From contig PCXQ01000004.1 of the NCBI GenBank assembly GCA_002794035.1, positions 97,213 to 161,212 on the forward strand: 64,000 nt of DNA, read 5' to 3'. The stretch comes from Candidatus Yanofskybacteria bacterium CG10_big_fil_rev_8_21_14_0_10_36_16. Its GTDB lineage: Bacteria > Patescibacteriota > Minisyncoccia > 2-02-FULL-40-12 > IGHO2-01-FULL-4-A. Numbering within the stretch: position 1 is the stretch's first letter; every line of letters begins with the position of its first letter. Shown piece after piece: positions 7,783 to 20,186 of this stretch. The notes beneath the pieces are model-generated. The model saw only the letters and a list, made by a program, of their open reading frames with translations, was not told the DNA's origin and did no database searches. A program made the position numbers and the translations under genes.

Positions 7783-9519
7783 TCACCTCGTTGGCGGAAC
7801 ACCGTAATAATTAAATAAAAATTTCATAATATCGGCAAATGCAGGAGATAATGTATTTGATGCAAATTCTTCACCTTTGGGTCTGTCTATCTTTAACAAT
7901 ACCACAAACATGGGATTATATGATGGGGCAAAGCCGACAAAACTATGAATAAAGTCCTCGCCATACTCCCCGTCTTCTGAAATTTGAGCAGTTCCTGTTT
8001 TACCCGCGACATCATAACCTGAAACTCTTGCTTTATCAAATCCATTATCTACTGCGCCGGTGAGCATTGATTTAATAGCCAAAGAAGTTTTTTCCTTTAT
8101 TGGCTGGCCTAATATTTCCGGTTCAGTAACAATACGAGTACCATCAGAATTTATTATTTCCTCTACAATATAAGGCTTCATTAATTTCCCCCCATTAGCC
8201 ATAGCAGAATAAGCATTAATTAATTGAATTGGTGTAACCGCTATACCTTGACCAAAAGAAGCGGTCATGAAATTAATTTTCCTACCTGTATATAAATTAG
8301 AAATATTGCCTATAATTTCTCCCGGCATATCAATTCCTGTCTTCTGGCCAAAACCAAAGGCAACAGCATAGTTCAAGAAGTCATCGTTGCCTAATTTGCC
8401 CTGAGCAAAAATAGTACCGGTATTTAATGATTTTTCAAGAACCTGTCTCATGGTTTGGACACCATGACTCCTTTCATCAAAATTCTTTATAGTAAAGCCA
8501 CTCTCGGTAACAGTACCTGTATCGTTGTAAGTAGTATTGGGTTCAACAACACCCTTATCTAAAGCACCGGCCATTGTAATTGGCTTAAAAGATGAACCGG
8601 GTTCAAACAATTTTTGAGTAACTGGATTTACAAACTCAGAAAGATTAAACTTATCATACTCATTGGGATCATAACCTGGTGAAGCAACCAAAGCTAAAAT
8701 TGCTCCAGTATTGGGGTTTTGAACAATCGCAAGACCCGAAGGAGATTGCCACTTCTCTAGCAAACTGTTTAATTTTGACTCAACAAAATCCTGAATATCC
8801 TTATCTATTGTTAGAACTATATCACTATTATTGCTCTGCTCTTCCTTTTCGGTTTCATTTAACTTTTCTTTGTTGTCTCCACCTACTGCGGATTTAAAAA
8901 ATCCCGCTACTTTAGAATAAGCTGTATTGCCAAACCACTCATTGGAATCCTCTAACCCGCTAAGCACTCTATTATATGTAGACTCAACTCCATATTGACC
9001 AACCCGCCTATATCCCTCAAAACCAACGAACCCTAAAACATATGACGCGGTTTCCCCTTGAGGATAAAATCTTTCCGTCGCAGAACCTATACTAACTCCT
9101 TCAAATTTTTCCTCTTTTATTTTTTTTGCCTGTTCATCACTTATTTTCTCTGCCAGTACTACGTATTCTTTGTTTTTATGACTTAAAAGATCAGCAATGC
9201 GACCACTCTCCTCTCCTAATATATCTGCGAGTGTCTTGGCTGTCCCAGATGGATCTCCCACTTGGGTATTGTCTGAATAAACATAAGTAAAACTTTGATT
9301 CGTTGCAGCTAAATATCCGTTCTTTTCTCCACCCAAAAAATAAATATTGCCTCTATTTTCTAACTGAGATAATGAGTTTTCATATTGTTTTTGAGCATAT
9401 TTAACGTAATTTGAATGCTGCAATACTGTTAGACTAAAAAGGCGGTACACGATACCGCCAGAAGCTATCAAAACAATAACTAGTAATAAATTAATTCTTT
9501 TTGTAGAATCAGTTACCAC
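7783..9519 (-). CDS. ftsI: Penicillin-binding protein 2 / FtsI-type transpeptidase
   Basis: Transpeptidase motifs SSFKP (SxxK), SLNT (SxN), KTGTA; N-terminal TM anchor; dcw context. Confidence 0.85.
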   Translation of the reverse strand: MVTDSTKRINLLLVIVLIASGGIVYRLFSLTVLQHSNYVKYAQKQYENSLSQLENRGNIYFLGGEKNGYLAATNQSFTYVYSDNTQVGDPSGTAKTLADILGEESGRIADLLSHKNKEYVVLAEKISDEQAKKIKEEKFEGVSIGSATERFYPQGETASYVLGFVGFEGYRRVGQYGVESTYNRVLSGLEDSNEWFGNTAYSKVAGFFKSAVGGDNKEKLNETEKEEQSNNSDIVLTIDKDIQDFVESKLNSLLEKWQSPSGLAIVQNPNTGAILALVASPGYDPNEYDKFNLSEFVNPVTQKLFEPGSSFKPITMAGALDKGVVEPNTTYNDTGTVTESGFTIKNFDERSHGVQTMRQVLEKSLNTGTIFAQGKLGNDDFLNYAVAFGFGQKTGIDMPGEIIGNISNLYTGRKINFMTASFGQGIAVTPIQLINAYSAMANGGKLMKPYIVEEIINSDGTRIVTEPEILGQPIKEKTSLAIKSMLTGAVDNGFDKARVSGYDVAGKTGTAQISEDGEYGEDFIHSFVGFAPSYNPMFVVLLKIDRPKGEEFASNTLSPAFADIMKFLFNYYGVPPTR

Positions 9520-9530
9520 ATTTAAATTTT

Positions 9531-9905
9531 TTAATTTTTTGCTAATCCATTTGTCATATAAACCACCTCGCGATCTTCTGCTTCTATCATATTATTACTT
9601 TCTGCAAATAATCTCAACTCATCAAGATCTAAATCTCTGCTCAAGTCCTCCCCAAGAGATGCGGCAACTGTTTTTGACTCATTTATTCCCAACTTAAACG
9701 ACTCCACCCTATATCCGTCTGCAACAATGTTATTAGTAATAAAGATATAAGATATCAAAAACACAACGGTCAAAACGACAAGAGCAAAATTAATCAATAT
9801 CAAATTTTTATTGCTTCCCCAACTTAAAACATTGGGCATTGTAAAAGACATTGGGAAATTCTGTTTTTTGTGACTTAGTGAAAATTGTTTAGTGTATATG
9901 TTCAT
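9531..9905 (-). CDS. Cell division protein FtsL-like (bitopic, positional assignment)
   Basis: 124 aa single-TM protein between rsmH and ftsI. Confidence 0.45.
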   Translation of the reverse strand: MNIYTKQFSLSHKKQNFPMSFTMPNVLSWGSNKNLILINFALVVLTVVFLISYIFITNNIVADGYRVESFKLGINESKTVAASLGEDLSRDLDLDELRLFAESNNMIEAEDREVVYMTNGLAKN

Positions 9906-9912
9906 TATTTTT

Positions 9913-10791
9913 TTAATTAAATTGAATAGCTCTTAATTTTGCACTGCGAGAACGCGGGTTTTCTTTTACCTCTTCTCTATCGGGCACAACTGGTTTTTTA
10001 GTTAAAATTTTTAAAACCCCTTCCTTTTTGTTATCTCTAAAGAAATTTTTTACAATCCTATCCTCACCGGCATGAAATGATATAACAACCAAATGCCCGC
10101 CTGGTTTTAATACTTCAAGGGCTTGGCTTAGTACTTTTTTTAAATTATCAAGTTCGCTATTTATCTCTATTCTTAATGCTTGAAATGTCTTAGTTGCAAA
10201 ATGCAGTCTTCTGTGTGTATACCATGCGGGGACAGCTTCTTTTATTACCTCAACAAGCTCAAAAGTTGTATTTATGGGATTTTCTTTTCTTTTTTCAATA
10301 ATTTTTGATGCAATTCTTTTAGCAAAACTTTCTTCCCCGTACTCCTTTAATATTCTTACTAAATCATCTTCGCTGTATTCATTTATAATCTCTTTTGCTG
10401 TTACACCACTATCTCCCAATCGCATATTTAAATCCTGATCTTTTTGGAAGGTAAAACCCTTATCACTTTCATCAAAATGCCAACTAGAAACTCCGAGATC
10501 TAACAGTATTCCGTCTGCATTCATAAAACCATTTTCTTGGGCTATTTTTTTTAAATTTACAAAGTTATCGTTAACCAAAGATGTGTTTTTCATTTGGTTG
10601 CCAGAAACTGCCAAATCATATAATTCTTTTGTAGCCTCTATGCCTAAAACTTGTCCACTAGGTTTTATTCTCTCGCCGATTTCTCTGCTGTGACCTCCAA
10701 GGCCAAAAGTTCCATCGATAATCTTATCACCCTGCTTGGGCTCTAAATATTCAATTACTTTATTTAATAAAACTGGCTTATGAATTTCCAA
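9913..10791 (-). CDS. rsmH: 16S rRNA (cytosine1402-N4)-methyltransferase RsmH/MraW
   Basis: GTFGLGGHS motif, SAM-MTase fold, follows mraZ. Confidence 0.9.
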   Translation of the reverse strand: MEIHKPVLLNKVIEYLEPKQGDKIIDGTFGLGGHSREIGERIKPSGQVLGIEATKELYDLAVSGNQMKNTSLVNDNFVNLKKIAQENGFMNADGILLDLGVSSWHFDESDKGFTFQKDQDLNMRLGDSGVTAKEIINEYSEDDLVRILKEYGEESFAKRIASKIIEKRKENPINTTFELVEVIKEAVPAWYTHRRLHFATKTFQALRIEINSELDNLKKVLSQALEVLKPGGHLVVISFHAGEDRIVKNFFRDNKKEGVLKILTKKPVVPDREEVKENPRSRSAKLRAIQFN

Positions 10792-10900
10792 TTTTCAATT
10801 CACAATTTTCAATCAATTTTCAGTGAATTAATTACTAAACAAAATTATTAAAAATTGAAAATTAAAAAATTCAATAAAAATTAAAAATTGAAAATTAAAA
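10792..10900. repeat. Intergenic GAAAATTG-rich repeat element, copy C (inverted orientation relative to copies A/B)
   Basis: Reverse complement contains ttttgtttagtaattaattcactgaaaattgattgaaaattgtgaattgaaaa matching 13066-13125 and 14472-14530. Confidence 0.6.
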
Positions 10901-10901
10901 A

Positions 10902-11336
10902 CTAAACAACTCCCAACTCCCCCAACTTCTCGGCTATCTGATCACTATTTTTTTCTAATTTATCTTTATACTCTCCCCATCTCTGATCATCCCAAATTTC
11001 AAGGCGGTTAAATAAGCCGGCTACAATCGCTTTCTTTTTTAACATGCCGTAATCTCTAAGATAATCAGGTATAAGAACTCTTCCGAGTTGATCAACTTCA
11101 ACTTCAACTGCACCCGACAAAAGAAGTCTTACAAAACCCCTTGTGTCTCCCTGACCAAAGGGTAACTTACCCAACTTTTCTGCTAGTTGTTCCCACTCTT
11201 TCATGGGGAAAAGAAACAAACAATTATCTAATCCTCTTGTTAAAACTGTTTTGTCACCAATCTCTCTGCGTAATTTTGCAGGTATTGAAATTCTCTTTTT
11301 TGCATCAATTGTGTGTTTATATTCACCTATTAACAA
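10902..11336 (-). CDS. mraZ: Division/cell wall cluster transcriptional regulator MraZ
   Basis: Double MraZ/SpoVT-AbrB-like halves, 144 aa, first gene of dcw cluster. Confidence 0.9.
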   Translation of the reverse strand: MLIGEYKHTIDAKKRISIPAKLRREIGDKTVLTRGLDNCLFLFPMKEWEQLAEKLGKLPFGQGDTRGFVRLLLSGAVEVEVDQLGRVLIPDYLRDYGMLKKKAIVAGLFNRLEIWDDQRWGEYKDKLEKNSDQIAEKLGELGVV

Positions 11337-11355
11337 TGTTTTAAAGCGTGTTTCA

Positions 11356-11401
11356 GCTGGGCGGTGGATAGCCCATTAATATGAGTTATCCACCGCCCAG
11401 C
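11356..11401. promoter_or_regulatory. Perfect 15-bp inverted repeat / hairpin (gctgggcggtggata ... tatccaccgcccagc, 16-nt loop) 20 nt upstream of mraZ start
   Basis: Exact 15/15 complementarity seen in sequence; GC-rich in AT-rich context. Confidence 0.5.
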
Positions 11402-11491
11402 CATAGTTATTAACACTCTTATCCACTTTTTTACACTTCATAATCATTATATGCCACCTAACCCCCACTCTGCAACACCAGTTATCCCCAG

Positions 11492-11526
11492 AAAAAATTA
11501 AATTAAAACCCCATTTTACTGGGGTT
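11492..11526 (-). terminator. Rho-independent terminator (aacccca-ttttac-tggggtt + T-rich tail on minus strand)
   Basis: Hairpin immediately downstream (minus sense) of stop of 11528..11953. Confidence 0.5.
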
Positions 11527-11527
11527 C

Positions 11528-11953
11528 TTAAATACTTATTCCTAATCTTTTAATGGTTTTTTCTATTTCTTCCGTAACTTTTATTGTGTCTTTTTTAAAA
11601 GTATCTTTTTTTAATCTAGGAATTTCAAATTCAGTATACAATCTTCTCCATGGGCTCATTAAACCAACGTGTACAAGAGTAGGACCACCCACCATTGACC
11701 AAGGATAAGCATCGATAATTAAATCCTTTCCTAAGATAAGCCAAGAATGTTCCCATGCCCCATCACCAAAATGACCATCTACATATTTTAACTGGAAAAA
11801 CTTAGCTAAAGCCCTTGTCACCATGTGGCACGATACCAACCTATCGCTGTCGAGCATAACATCCCCGCAGTTCTGTATCACAGATTCGATTTTATAAAAC
11901 AATTCAAGATCTTTTCTGCGAATTCCAATCGCACGTATGATGTCTGGCGTCAT
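11528..11953 (-). CDS. Hypothetical protein (likely start at internal Met with AGGAG RBS)
   Basis: ORF; RBS gacaggagattttt-ATG at 11953; no recognised domain. Confidence 0.4.
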   Translation of the reverse strand: MTPDIIRAIGIRRKDLELFYKIESVIQNCGDVMLDSDRLVSCHMVTRALAKFFQLKYVDGHFGDGAWEHSWLILGKDLIIDAYPWSMVGGPTLVHVGLMSPWRRLYTEFEIPRLKKDTFKKDTIKVTEEIEKTIKRLGISI

Positions 11954-12038
11954 AAAAATCTCCTGTCTTAAAAAACTGCAACAAAAAATAGCACACAAAA
12001 TGCTATTTTACAAATAAATCAAATTTTATAGATATAAT

Positions 12039-13034
12039 TTATTTTTTACGGCTTACTACTTTCTTTACTGCTTCTTTAATTGCCGGTACATCCAGCCCAA
12101 ATTCTTTCATTAACTCATCAGCGTTACCTGATTCACCAAACCTGTCTTTAACACCGATAAACTCCTGAGGCACAGGATAATGCTGGGCAAGCGTTTCAGC
12201 AACAGCAGAACCAAGACCTCCTATTACTTGGTGTTCCTCAACAGACACCACGGCACCGGATTTTTTAGCTTCACCAACAACTGTTTCAACATCAAACGGC
12301 TTTAATGAAGGTGAATTAACTACACCAACATCTAGGCCTTCTTTTGATAATTCTTCGGCGGCAACCAATGCATCATAAACCAACATACTTGCAGCAACTA
12401 TAGTTGCATCCTTACCCTCCCTAAACACTTGGGCCTTACCTACTTCAAATGGGGTATCCTCTGTTGTAAACACTGGGGAATTATCACGTGCAAATCTAAT
12501 ATAAACCGGCCCAGGCAATTTTGCAGCAGCAAGAGTTGCCTTTTTTGCCTCAACAGCATCGCATGGCACAAGCACGGTCATTCTAGGAATCATTCTCATA
12601 AGCCCCGCATCTTCCAAAGCTTGATGAGTTGCTCCATCGGGTCCAACTGAAATACCAGCATGTGCTCCGCCTATTTTAACCGGTACATTATTCAAAGCCG
12701 CTGTGGTTCTCAATTGTTCATTGTTTCTACCGGGAGAAAATGCTGCATAAGATGATATAAAAGGTATCTTTCCTGCCAAAGCAAGTCCGGCGGCAACTGT
12801 AGCCATATTCTGTTCTGCAACACCCATTTCTATATATCTTTCAGGAAACTTTTCTTTAAACCAATGCGTACGAGTTGATTCAGCAAGGTCGGCGCACAGA
12901 ACAACCACATTTTTATCTTTTTCTCCTGCCTCAATCAAACCCTTCCCATATCCATCACGGGTTGGTGCCATTTCAAGCTTATCCTTATCTGTTAAGTTGT
13001 CTACTAAATGCATTTTTTCGTTAATCATAATCAA
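12039..13034 (-). CDS. Transketolase, C-terminal (pyrimidine-binding) subunit
   Basis: Split transketolase: Pyr-binding and C-terminal domains, paired with N-terminal subunit gene at 13545..14432. Confidence 0.85.
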   Translation of the reverse strand: MIMINEKMHLVDNLTDKDKLEMAPTRDGYGKGLIEAGEKDKNVVVLCADLAESTRTHWFKEKFPERYIEMGVAEQNMATVAAGLALAGKIPFISSYAAFSPGRNNEQLRTTAALNNVPVKIGGAHAGISVGPDGATHQALEDAGLMRMIPRMTVLVPCDAVEAKKATLAAAKLPGPVYIRFARDNSPVFTTEDTPFEVGKAQVFREGKDATIVAASMLVYDALVAAEELSKEGLDVGVVNSPSLKPFDVETVVGEAKKSGAVVSVEEHQVIGGLGSAVAETLAQHYPVPQEFIGVKDRFGESGNADELMKEFGLDVPAIKEAVKKVVSRKK

Positions 13035-13039
13035 TAAAT

Positions 13040-13135
13040 TTTTAATTTGTAATTTTTAATTTTAAAAAAATTTTGTTTAGTAATTAATTCACTGAAAATT
13101 GATTCAAAATTGTGAATTGAAAATTAATGACACAC
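13040..13135. repeat. Intergenic GAAAATTG-rich repeat element, copy A
   Basis: About 95 nt nearly identical to 14440-14545; lies 5-95 nt upstream of transketolase C-subunit start. Confidence 0.6.
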
Positions 13136-13168
13136 CAAAAAGAAAAAACCCTTAACAATCATTATCTT

Positions 13169-13552
13169 CTAAACAGTCCTGTCATATTTTGATGAATGCC
13201 TAGTTTCCCATGGGAATATTATCCAGCCCTTCTTCAAGCGACAGTAAAAACTGGGTAAAAATATGCTTTTTTCATCAAAATAAAGCGTTGCTGTCTTTAT
13301 CCTCCTCTTGCCTATTAATCTTTTGAGCGTCTCGCCACTATCTGCAATATCATCTGCAATCAAAGTTTTAGCTGTTATTTTTTCTTTATCCCATATTAAA
13401 GGCAAGTCTAATTTGTGGGACAACGATACAGCCAATGGCATTCCTCCCCTTGGTACTCCATAAATATTTTTAAAATTTTGTTTGTGCGCCCACCTTGCAA
13501 TTTTCACAACATCCCTATCAAACTGAACCCAGCTATAGAACTTCTTATTCAT
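13169..13552 (-). CDS. Phosphoribosyltransferase-domain protein (type I PRTase motif)
   Basis: PRPP-binding motif LIADDIADSGETL. Confidence 0.55.
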   Translation of the reverse strand: MNKKFYSWVQFDRDVVKIARWAHKQNFKNIYGVPRGGMPLAVSLSHKLDLPLIWDKEKITAKTLIADDIADSGETLKRLIGKRRIKTATLYFDEKSIFLPSFYCRLKKGWIIFPWETRHSSKYDRTV

Positions 13553-14432
13553 GTTCGCTTTTTATTTTTCCGCCCAATGTTCTCAATCGTTTTAACATTT
13601 CTTCTCCTTGTTTATCTTTAGGGAAAACATCTTCAGGTCCTTTGCCCGGAGGATTGCCATGCCATCGATAATCAAACTCTATTTCAGGAATACCCTTTCC
13701 GGGTATTGTGTGCGCGATAATAACCGTGGGTTTTTCATATATGGCTTTTGCCTGCTCAACCGCATCCACTATTTCTTCAAAATTATGACCATTAACTTCT
13801 ACAACGTGCCAATTAAATGCCTCCCATTTTTCTCTAAGCGGTTCAAGGGGCATAATATCTTCGGTAATTCCGTTAATTTGAATATTGTTTCTATCTATCA
13901 AACCTGTGAGATTTGATAACTTGTTCTTACCAGCAAACATAGCAGATTCCCATATATTACCTGCATCAAGTTCTCCATCGGACATTAAACAATATGTTCT
14001 AAATTTTTTGCCATCCATTCTTGCAGCATAAGCTATGCCTGATGCCTGACCCAAACCTGAACCCAACGGACCAGATGTTGATTCAAGAGCTGGCATAATG
14101 TTTCTTTCAGGGTGACCCTGCAAACGAGAGCCGAATTTTCTCAATGTTTTAAGTTCCTCTATAGGAAAATATCCTGCGTGAGCCATAGCTGCATACCGCA
14201 CAGGCACAATGTGGCCATTTGAAAGTATTAATCTATCGCGATCCTCCCACATTGGATTTTTGGGGTCGTGATTTAAAATATGAAAATAAAAGGCCGTAAA
14301 AACATCAGCCATACCCAGAGGTCCAGCCGTATGCCCAGAGCCTGCCTCAATCAATGATTCTATTATTGATTGTCGAACCTGATTCGCCTTTTCTTCTAAT
14401 TCTTTAATTTTGTCATCATGTAAGTGTGCCAT
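13545..14432 (-). CDS. Transketolase, N-terminal (TPP-binding) subunit
   Basis: TPP-binding region GHTAGPLGMADV, GDGELDAG-like motif (SDGELDAGN). Confidence 0.85.
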   Translation of the reverse strand: MAHLHDDKIKELEEKANQVRQSIIESLIEAGSGHTAGPLGMADVFTAFYFHILNHDPKNPMWEDRDRLILSNGHIVPVRYAAMAHAGYFPIEELKTLRKFGSRLQGHPERNIMPALESTSGPLGSGLGQASGIAYAARMDGKKFRTYCLMSDGELDAGNIWESAMFAGKNKLSNLTGLIDRNNIQINGITEDIMPLEPLREKWEAFNWHVVEVNGHNFEEIVDAVEQAKAIYEKPTVIIAHTIPGKGIPEIEFDYRWHGNPPGKGPEDVFPKDKQGEEMLKRLRTLGGKIKSEHE

Positions 14433-14439
14433 CTAAAAA

Positions 14440-14545
14440 ATTTTTAATTTTGTAATTTTTAATTTTAAAAAAATTTTGTTTAGTAATTAATTCACTAAAA
14501 ATTGATTGAAAATTGTGAATTGAAAATTGAAAATTAGAAACATCT
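14440..14545. repeat. Intergenic GAAAATTG-rich repeat element, copy B
   Basis: Near-identical to copy A; upstream of transketolase N-subunit start. Confidence 0.6.
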
Positions 14546-14566
14546 ACATAGCAACCGCCATATTTA

Positions 14567-15580
14567 CTAAAGCAATTGGCTCACTGCCACCACATGCTTC
14601 AGTAACATGCTTGCGTATCCCCATTCGTTATCATACCAAGACAACACTTTTACTAAGTCGCCATCCACAACCCTTGTCATGGACAAATCAACTATTGAGC
14701 CAAATGGCATTCCTAAAATATCCGATGAAACGAGTTGCTCCTCAGTTACACTCAGAACACCAGACCACTCTTCTTTTTTTACCGCTTCACGAAAAATATT
14801 ATTTATCTCTTCAACAGACGTAGACCTTTCAGCAATAAATGTAAAATCAATAATAGATCCAGCAGGTACTGGAACCCTCATGGCAATTCCATCAAACTTA
14901 CCCTTCATACTGGGAATTGCTTTTTCTGTTGCAAGTGCTGCACCAGTAGATGATGGGATTATATTAACCGCTGCTGCACGACCCTTCCTAAAATCATGAC
15001 CCTTAACAGGTCCGTCAACTATTGCCTGGGTAGCTGTATAACCATGAACTGTATTAAGTAAAGCCTTTTTAACTCCAGGGTTTGCACCCATAATAGAAGC
15101 GATGGGAGTTGTGGCATTTGTTGTACAAGATGCATTCGATGTAATTTTATCTAGCTTAAGGTGATCAATGCCCACATTGGGCGTTGAGGTTGGTGTAATT
15201 TCATCTTTAGCCGGAGCAGAAATAATAACCCTCTTTGCGCCAGCATCTAAATGCGGTGCGGCTTTTTCTCGTGATGTAAAAACTCCGGTTGATTCTATGA
15301 CAACATCTATATCCAACTCTTTCCAAGGTAAGTTGCCGGGGTCCTTTTCCTGCAACATTCTTATTTCCTTATCTCCGACTTTCATGTGTCCATCTTTTAC
15401 AGAAACATCTTTGTCAAAACGACCATAAACTGAATCGTACCTAAGGAGATAAGCCAAATTCTCTGTATCTCCAAGATCGTTTATAGCGACTACTTCCACC
15501 TGATCATTAGAAAAAGCTTGGCGGAAAAATACGCGTCCAATTCTACCGAACCCATTTATTGCTATTTTTATTTTTGCCAT
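14567..15580 (-). CDS. gap: Glyceraldehyde-3-phosphate dehydrogenase (type I)
   Basis: NGFGRIGR NAD-binding motif, ASCTTN active-site Cys motif; likely start MAKIKIAING. Confidence 0.9.
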   Translation of the reverse strand: MAKIKIAINGFGRIGRVFFRQAFSNDQVEVVAINDLGDTENLAYLLRYDSVYGRFDKDVSVKDGHMKVGDKEIRMLQEKDPGNLPWKELDIDVVIESTGVFTSREKAAPHLDAGAKRVIISAPAKDEITPTSTPNVGIDHLKLDKITSNASCTTNATTPIASIMGANPGVKKALLNTVHGYTATQAIVDGPVKGHDFRKGRAAAVNIIPSSTGAALATEKAIPSMKGKFDGIAMRVPVPAGSIIDFTFIAERSTSVEEINNIFREAVKKEEWSGVLSVTEEQLVSSDILGMPFGSIVDLSMTRVVDGDLVKVLSWYDNEWGYASMLLKHVVAVSQLL

Positions 15581-15681
15581 ATTGATTTTAATTTTACAGT
15601 AAAACAAAAAAGGTTAAAGCCTATGATGTCCACATGTTAATCAATAATCAGTTAAAAAAATACTATAAGTTCACACTAAAT

Positions 15682-17997
15682 CTAATTTACCGTTTCTCCC
15701 TTTAATGTCCTAATAAATCTGTCGGCCTCCAGTTGATAACTCGAATCTATCTCTGCTGCCTTAAGCGCCTGCTCAATCGCCTCCTCTATTCTGCCTATTC
15801 TGGCATATGCAGCTGCCAAAGATGCATGATACTGCGGATTGTTTGGTTTAAATTCAACGAGTGTTTCATAAAGTATTGCAATTTTTTGATAATCGTTCAG
15901 CGATACGTAAATATTAATCAAACGCAAAATATCACCCTCAGAAAAAACATATCCTAGTTCACGAGCTTTTTGCATCTCTTTAAAACCCTTATCAAATTCT
16001 TTCAAATCAAAATATGTAGCAGCAAGATACCAATGGCTCAAACCAACTTCCGGATGCAAATCCACAGCCTTTTGGAAATATTCAACAGCCTTTTCAAGTT
16101 CACCCTTATTAATATATGCTTGCCCTACCTCGTAATAAGTCCTGACAAATGTCGGAGAAATCTCAAGAGCTTTCATTGAGTTCTCAAGAGCATCATCGTT
16201 GTACTTAGAATTTTTGCCTTCGTCCTTGCCAAGAACAATATTCAAACGCGACACATAAAGATAGGGCAAATAATCTAAGTTTGTTTCTTCGATATTTTTG
16301 TTTACCTGTTCAATAGCAAAAATTAAATCCTGCTTGTCTTTATCACTTAAATCTTTATTGTTTGTCCTTTCTAAAACATATTGGGCAAACCTATTGCGAT
16401 GTTCATACTTGCCTGGTACATTATATGCCAATGCTTCCTTGTATTTCTCTACTGACTCAGCATGTTCACCGGCCCAACTCAATCTAATAGCCCTTGTTAA
16501 AGCATAATTTGCTTTTGATTGAAGAATATTCGTCTGATATATCAAAACCATCGCACCAACCAACAATATAATCATTAAAAGCTGAAGCTTACTACTCAAA
16601 GATGCGGGAAATACTCTGCGAATTGCAGTGTTGTTTTTATTTTTGTCAGATCCCAACTCATAATTTTCAACGACTCCCATCTGCTTTGGCGTTAGCCAAA
16701 CAATAAGTCCGAGTGTTGTGAAAAATACTACAAAGTTCGCCGAGGTATCAAAAATAAATGCGTTGTGTATCATGTAGGCCACAATAAGAGAAATCAAACC
16801 TATTCCAATATTTTTTTTAGATTGATCCTGAGTGTCTTTTATGGCTCGTGTCCAAATCAACCTAAAGGCAACCAGAAACATTGCTATATAAACCAAGAAG
16901 GTAAGCAATCCCATAGTTACCAAAACCTCAACAAACATATTGTGAGCTCGGTCAAATAAAGTCTCCGAACCTAAACCAGCAAAGAACTTAGGATTAAAGT
17001 GAATAGAAAATGGAACATTGAAATTTTCAGGACCCCATCCTAATAAAATTGTCTTTGTAGAATCATTCCAGCCATCAATTCCAGCACTCCACGCCCAAAA
17101 CCTAGTCTGGACTGTGTATGTTTTAAATGAAACATCTGTCATCCTTGTTAAGTAACCTGAATTTTTTACAAAATCGCTATCCTTAAAGGCAAAGACGAAG
17201 AAACCATACAAAACAGCGAGAGCCATTATGGCAGTCAAAATCTTTCTAGCAGCATGGGACCTAAAAACAATAAGGTGAAGAATAGTATAAACTATTAAGC
17301 CAACGCCCAATCCAAGAACAGAACCTCTAACAGCTGTCATTAAAACAGCAATTGAGCTTACAAAGGCAGCGATCAACAAAAAACTTCGCTCACGATTTGA
17401 AACCCAATTTGAAAATGCCAAAGCTCCGGCTAAAAACAGTGTTACCAACTGATAACCAGCAAATAATGCTGCGTTGCCAATTGTACCAAATATTCTAGTC
17501 CTACCACCTGAACCAACAATGAAATCTATATCAGTCTTTTGACCAAAACCGTAAACAGCAGATAAAAATCCAACAAAAATAGTCAAACGCAAAATATTAT
17601 GCCAATCTTTCCTTTCTTTAAATACTGAAATTAAAATTACAAAATATACTAAGTAGTGAACGAAGCTCCAAAGCCCGCCCATCCTTTCAAGAGAGCCCCA
17701 AAAACTTAAATAGGGATTGATACTAGTTGCCGTTGTAAGCACAAATGAGGCAGTCAACAAACCAAACACGACAAGAAGAGGATGTTTTGGTGGTAGCCAG
17801 CTGCGATCTTTCAATACTAAAATCAAATAAAAAACCGCTATCAATTCAACCAACGATCGAAAAACAACTACCTTGCCAAAATGAAACGGTGATACAAATT
17901 CTGAAAAAATTATTAATGGAACAAACGCCGTCAAATAAACCCCCGCCTTCAGGATTTTAACAATCCAATCTTCTCGTTGTGTCTTAAGTCTTACCAT
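15682..17997 (-). CDS. O-antigen ligase/Wzy-like polytopic membrane protein fused to C-terminal TPR repeats
   Basis: At least 10 predicted TM helices followed by about 250 aa TPR-like repeats (AxxYxxxG patterns). Confidence 0.65.
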   Translation of the reverse strand: MVRLKTQREDWIVKILKAGVYLTAFVPLIIFSEFVSPFHFGKVVVFRSLVELIAVFYLILVLKDRSWLPPKHPLLVVFGLLTASFVLTTATSINPYLSFWGSLERMGGLWSFVHYLVYFVILISVFKERKDWHNILRLTIFVGFLSAVYGFGQKTDIDFIVGSGGRTRIFGTIGNAALFAGYQLVTLFLAGALAFSNWVSNRERSFLLIAAFVSSIAVLMTAVRGSVLGLGVGLIVYTILHLIVFRSHAARKILTAIMALAVLYGFFVFAFKDSDFVKNSGYLTRMTDVSFKTYTVQTRFWAWSAGIDGWNDSTKTILLGWGPENFNVPFSIHFNPKFFAGLGSETLFDRAHNMFVEVLVTMGLLTFLVYIAMFLVAFRLIWTRAIKDTQDQSKKNIGIGLISLIVAYMIHNAFIFDTSANFVVFFTTLGLIVWLTPKQMGVVENYELGSDKNKNNTAIRRVFPASLSSKLQLLMIILLVGAMVLIYQTNILQSKANYALTRAIRLSWAGEHAESVEKYKEALAYNVPGKYEHRNRFAQYVLERTNNKDLSDKDKQDLIFAIEQVNKNIEETNLDYLPYLYVSRLNIVLGKDEGKNSKYNDDALENSMKALEISPTFVRTYYEVGQAYINKGELEKAVEYFQKAVDLHPEVGLSHWYLAATYFDLKEFDKGFKEMQKARELGYVFSEGDILRLINIYVSLNDYQKIAILYETLVEFKPNNPQYHASLAAAYARIGRIEEAIEQALKAAEIDSSYQLEADRFIRTLKGETVN

Positions 17998-18123
17998 ATA
18001 AATAAAAGTTTAACACAAAAAAATTATGCGGTAAAAAACATATCGCCTTTTTTGTTATTACACTACATTTTTAATGCAAAATATATATTGACATTGCGCT
18101 TTTATGTCGTTATCTTTATAACC

Positions 18124-20128
<2,005 letters not shown>

Positions 20129-20186
20129 AGATAATTAATAAGAAAATCTAGTCAAAACAAAAAACAGCTATCAAGCCGTTTTTTGT

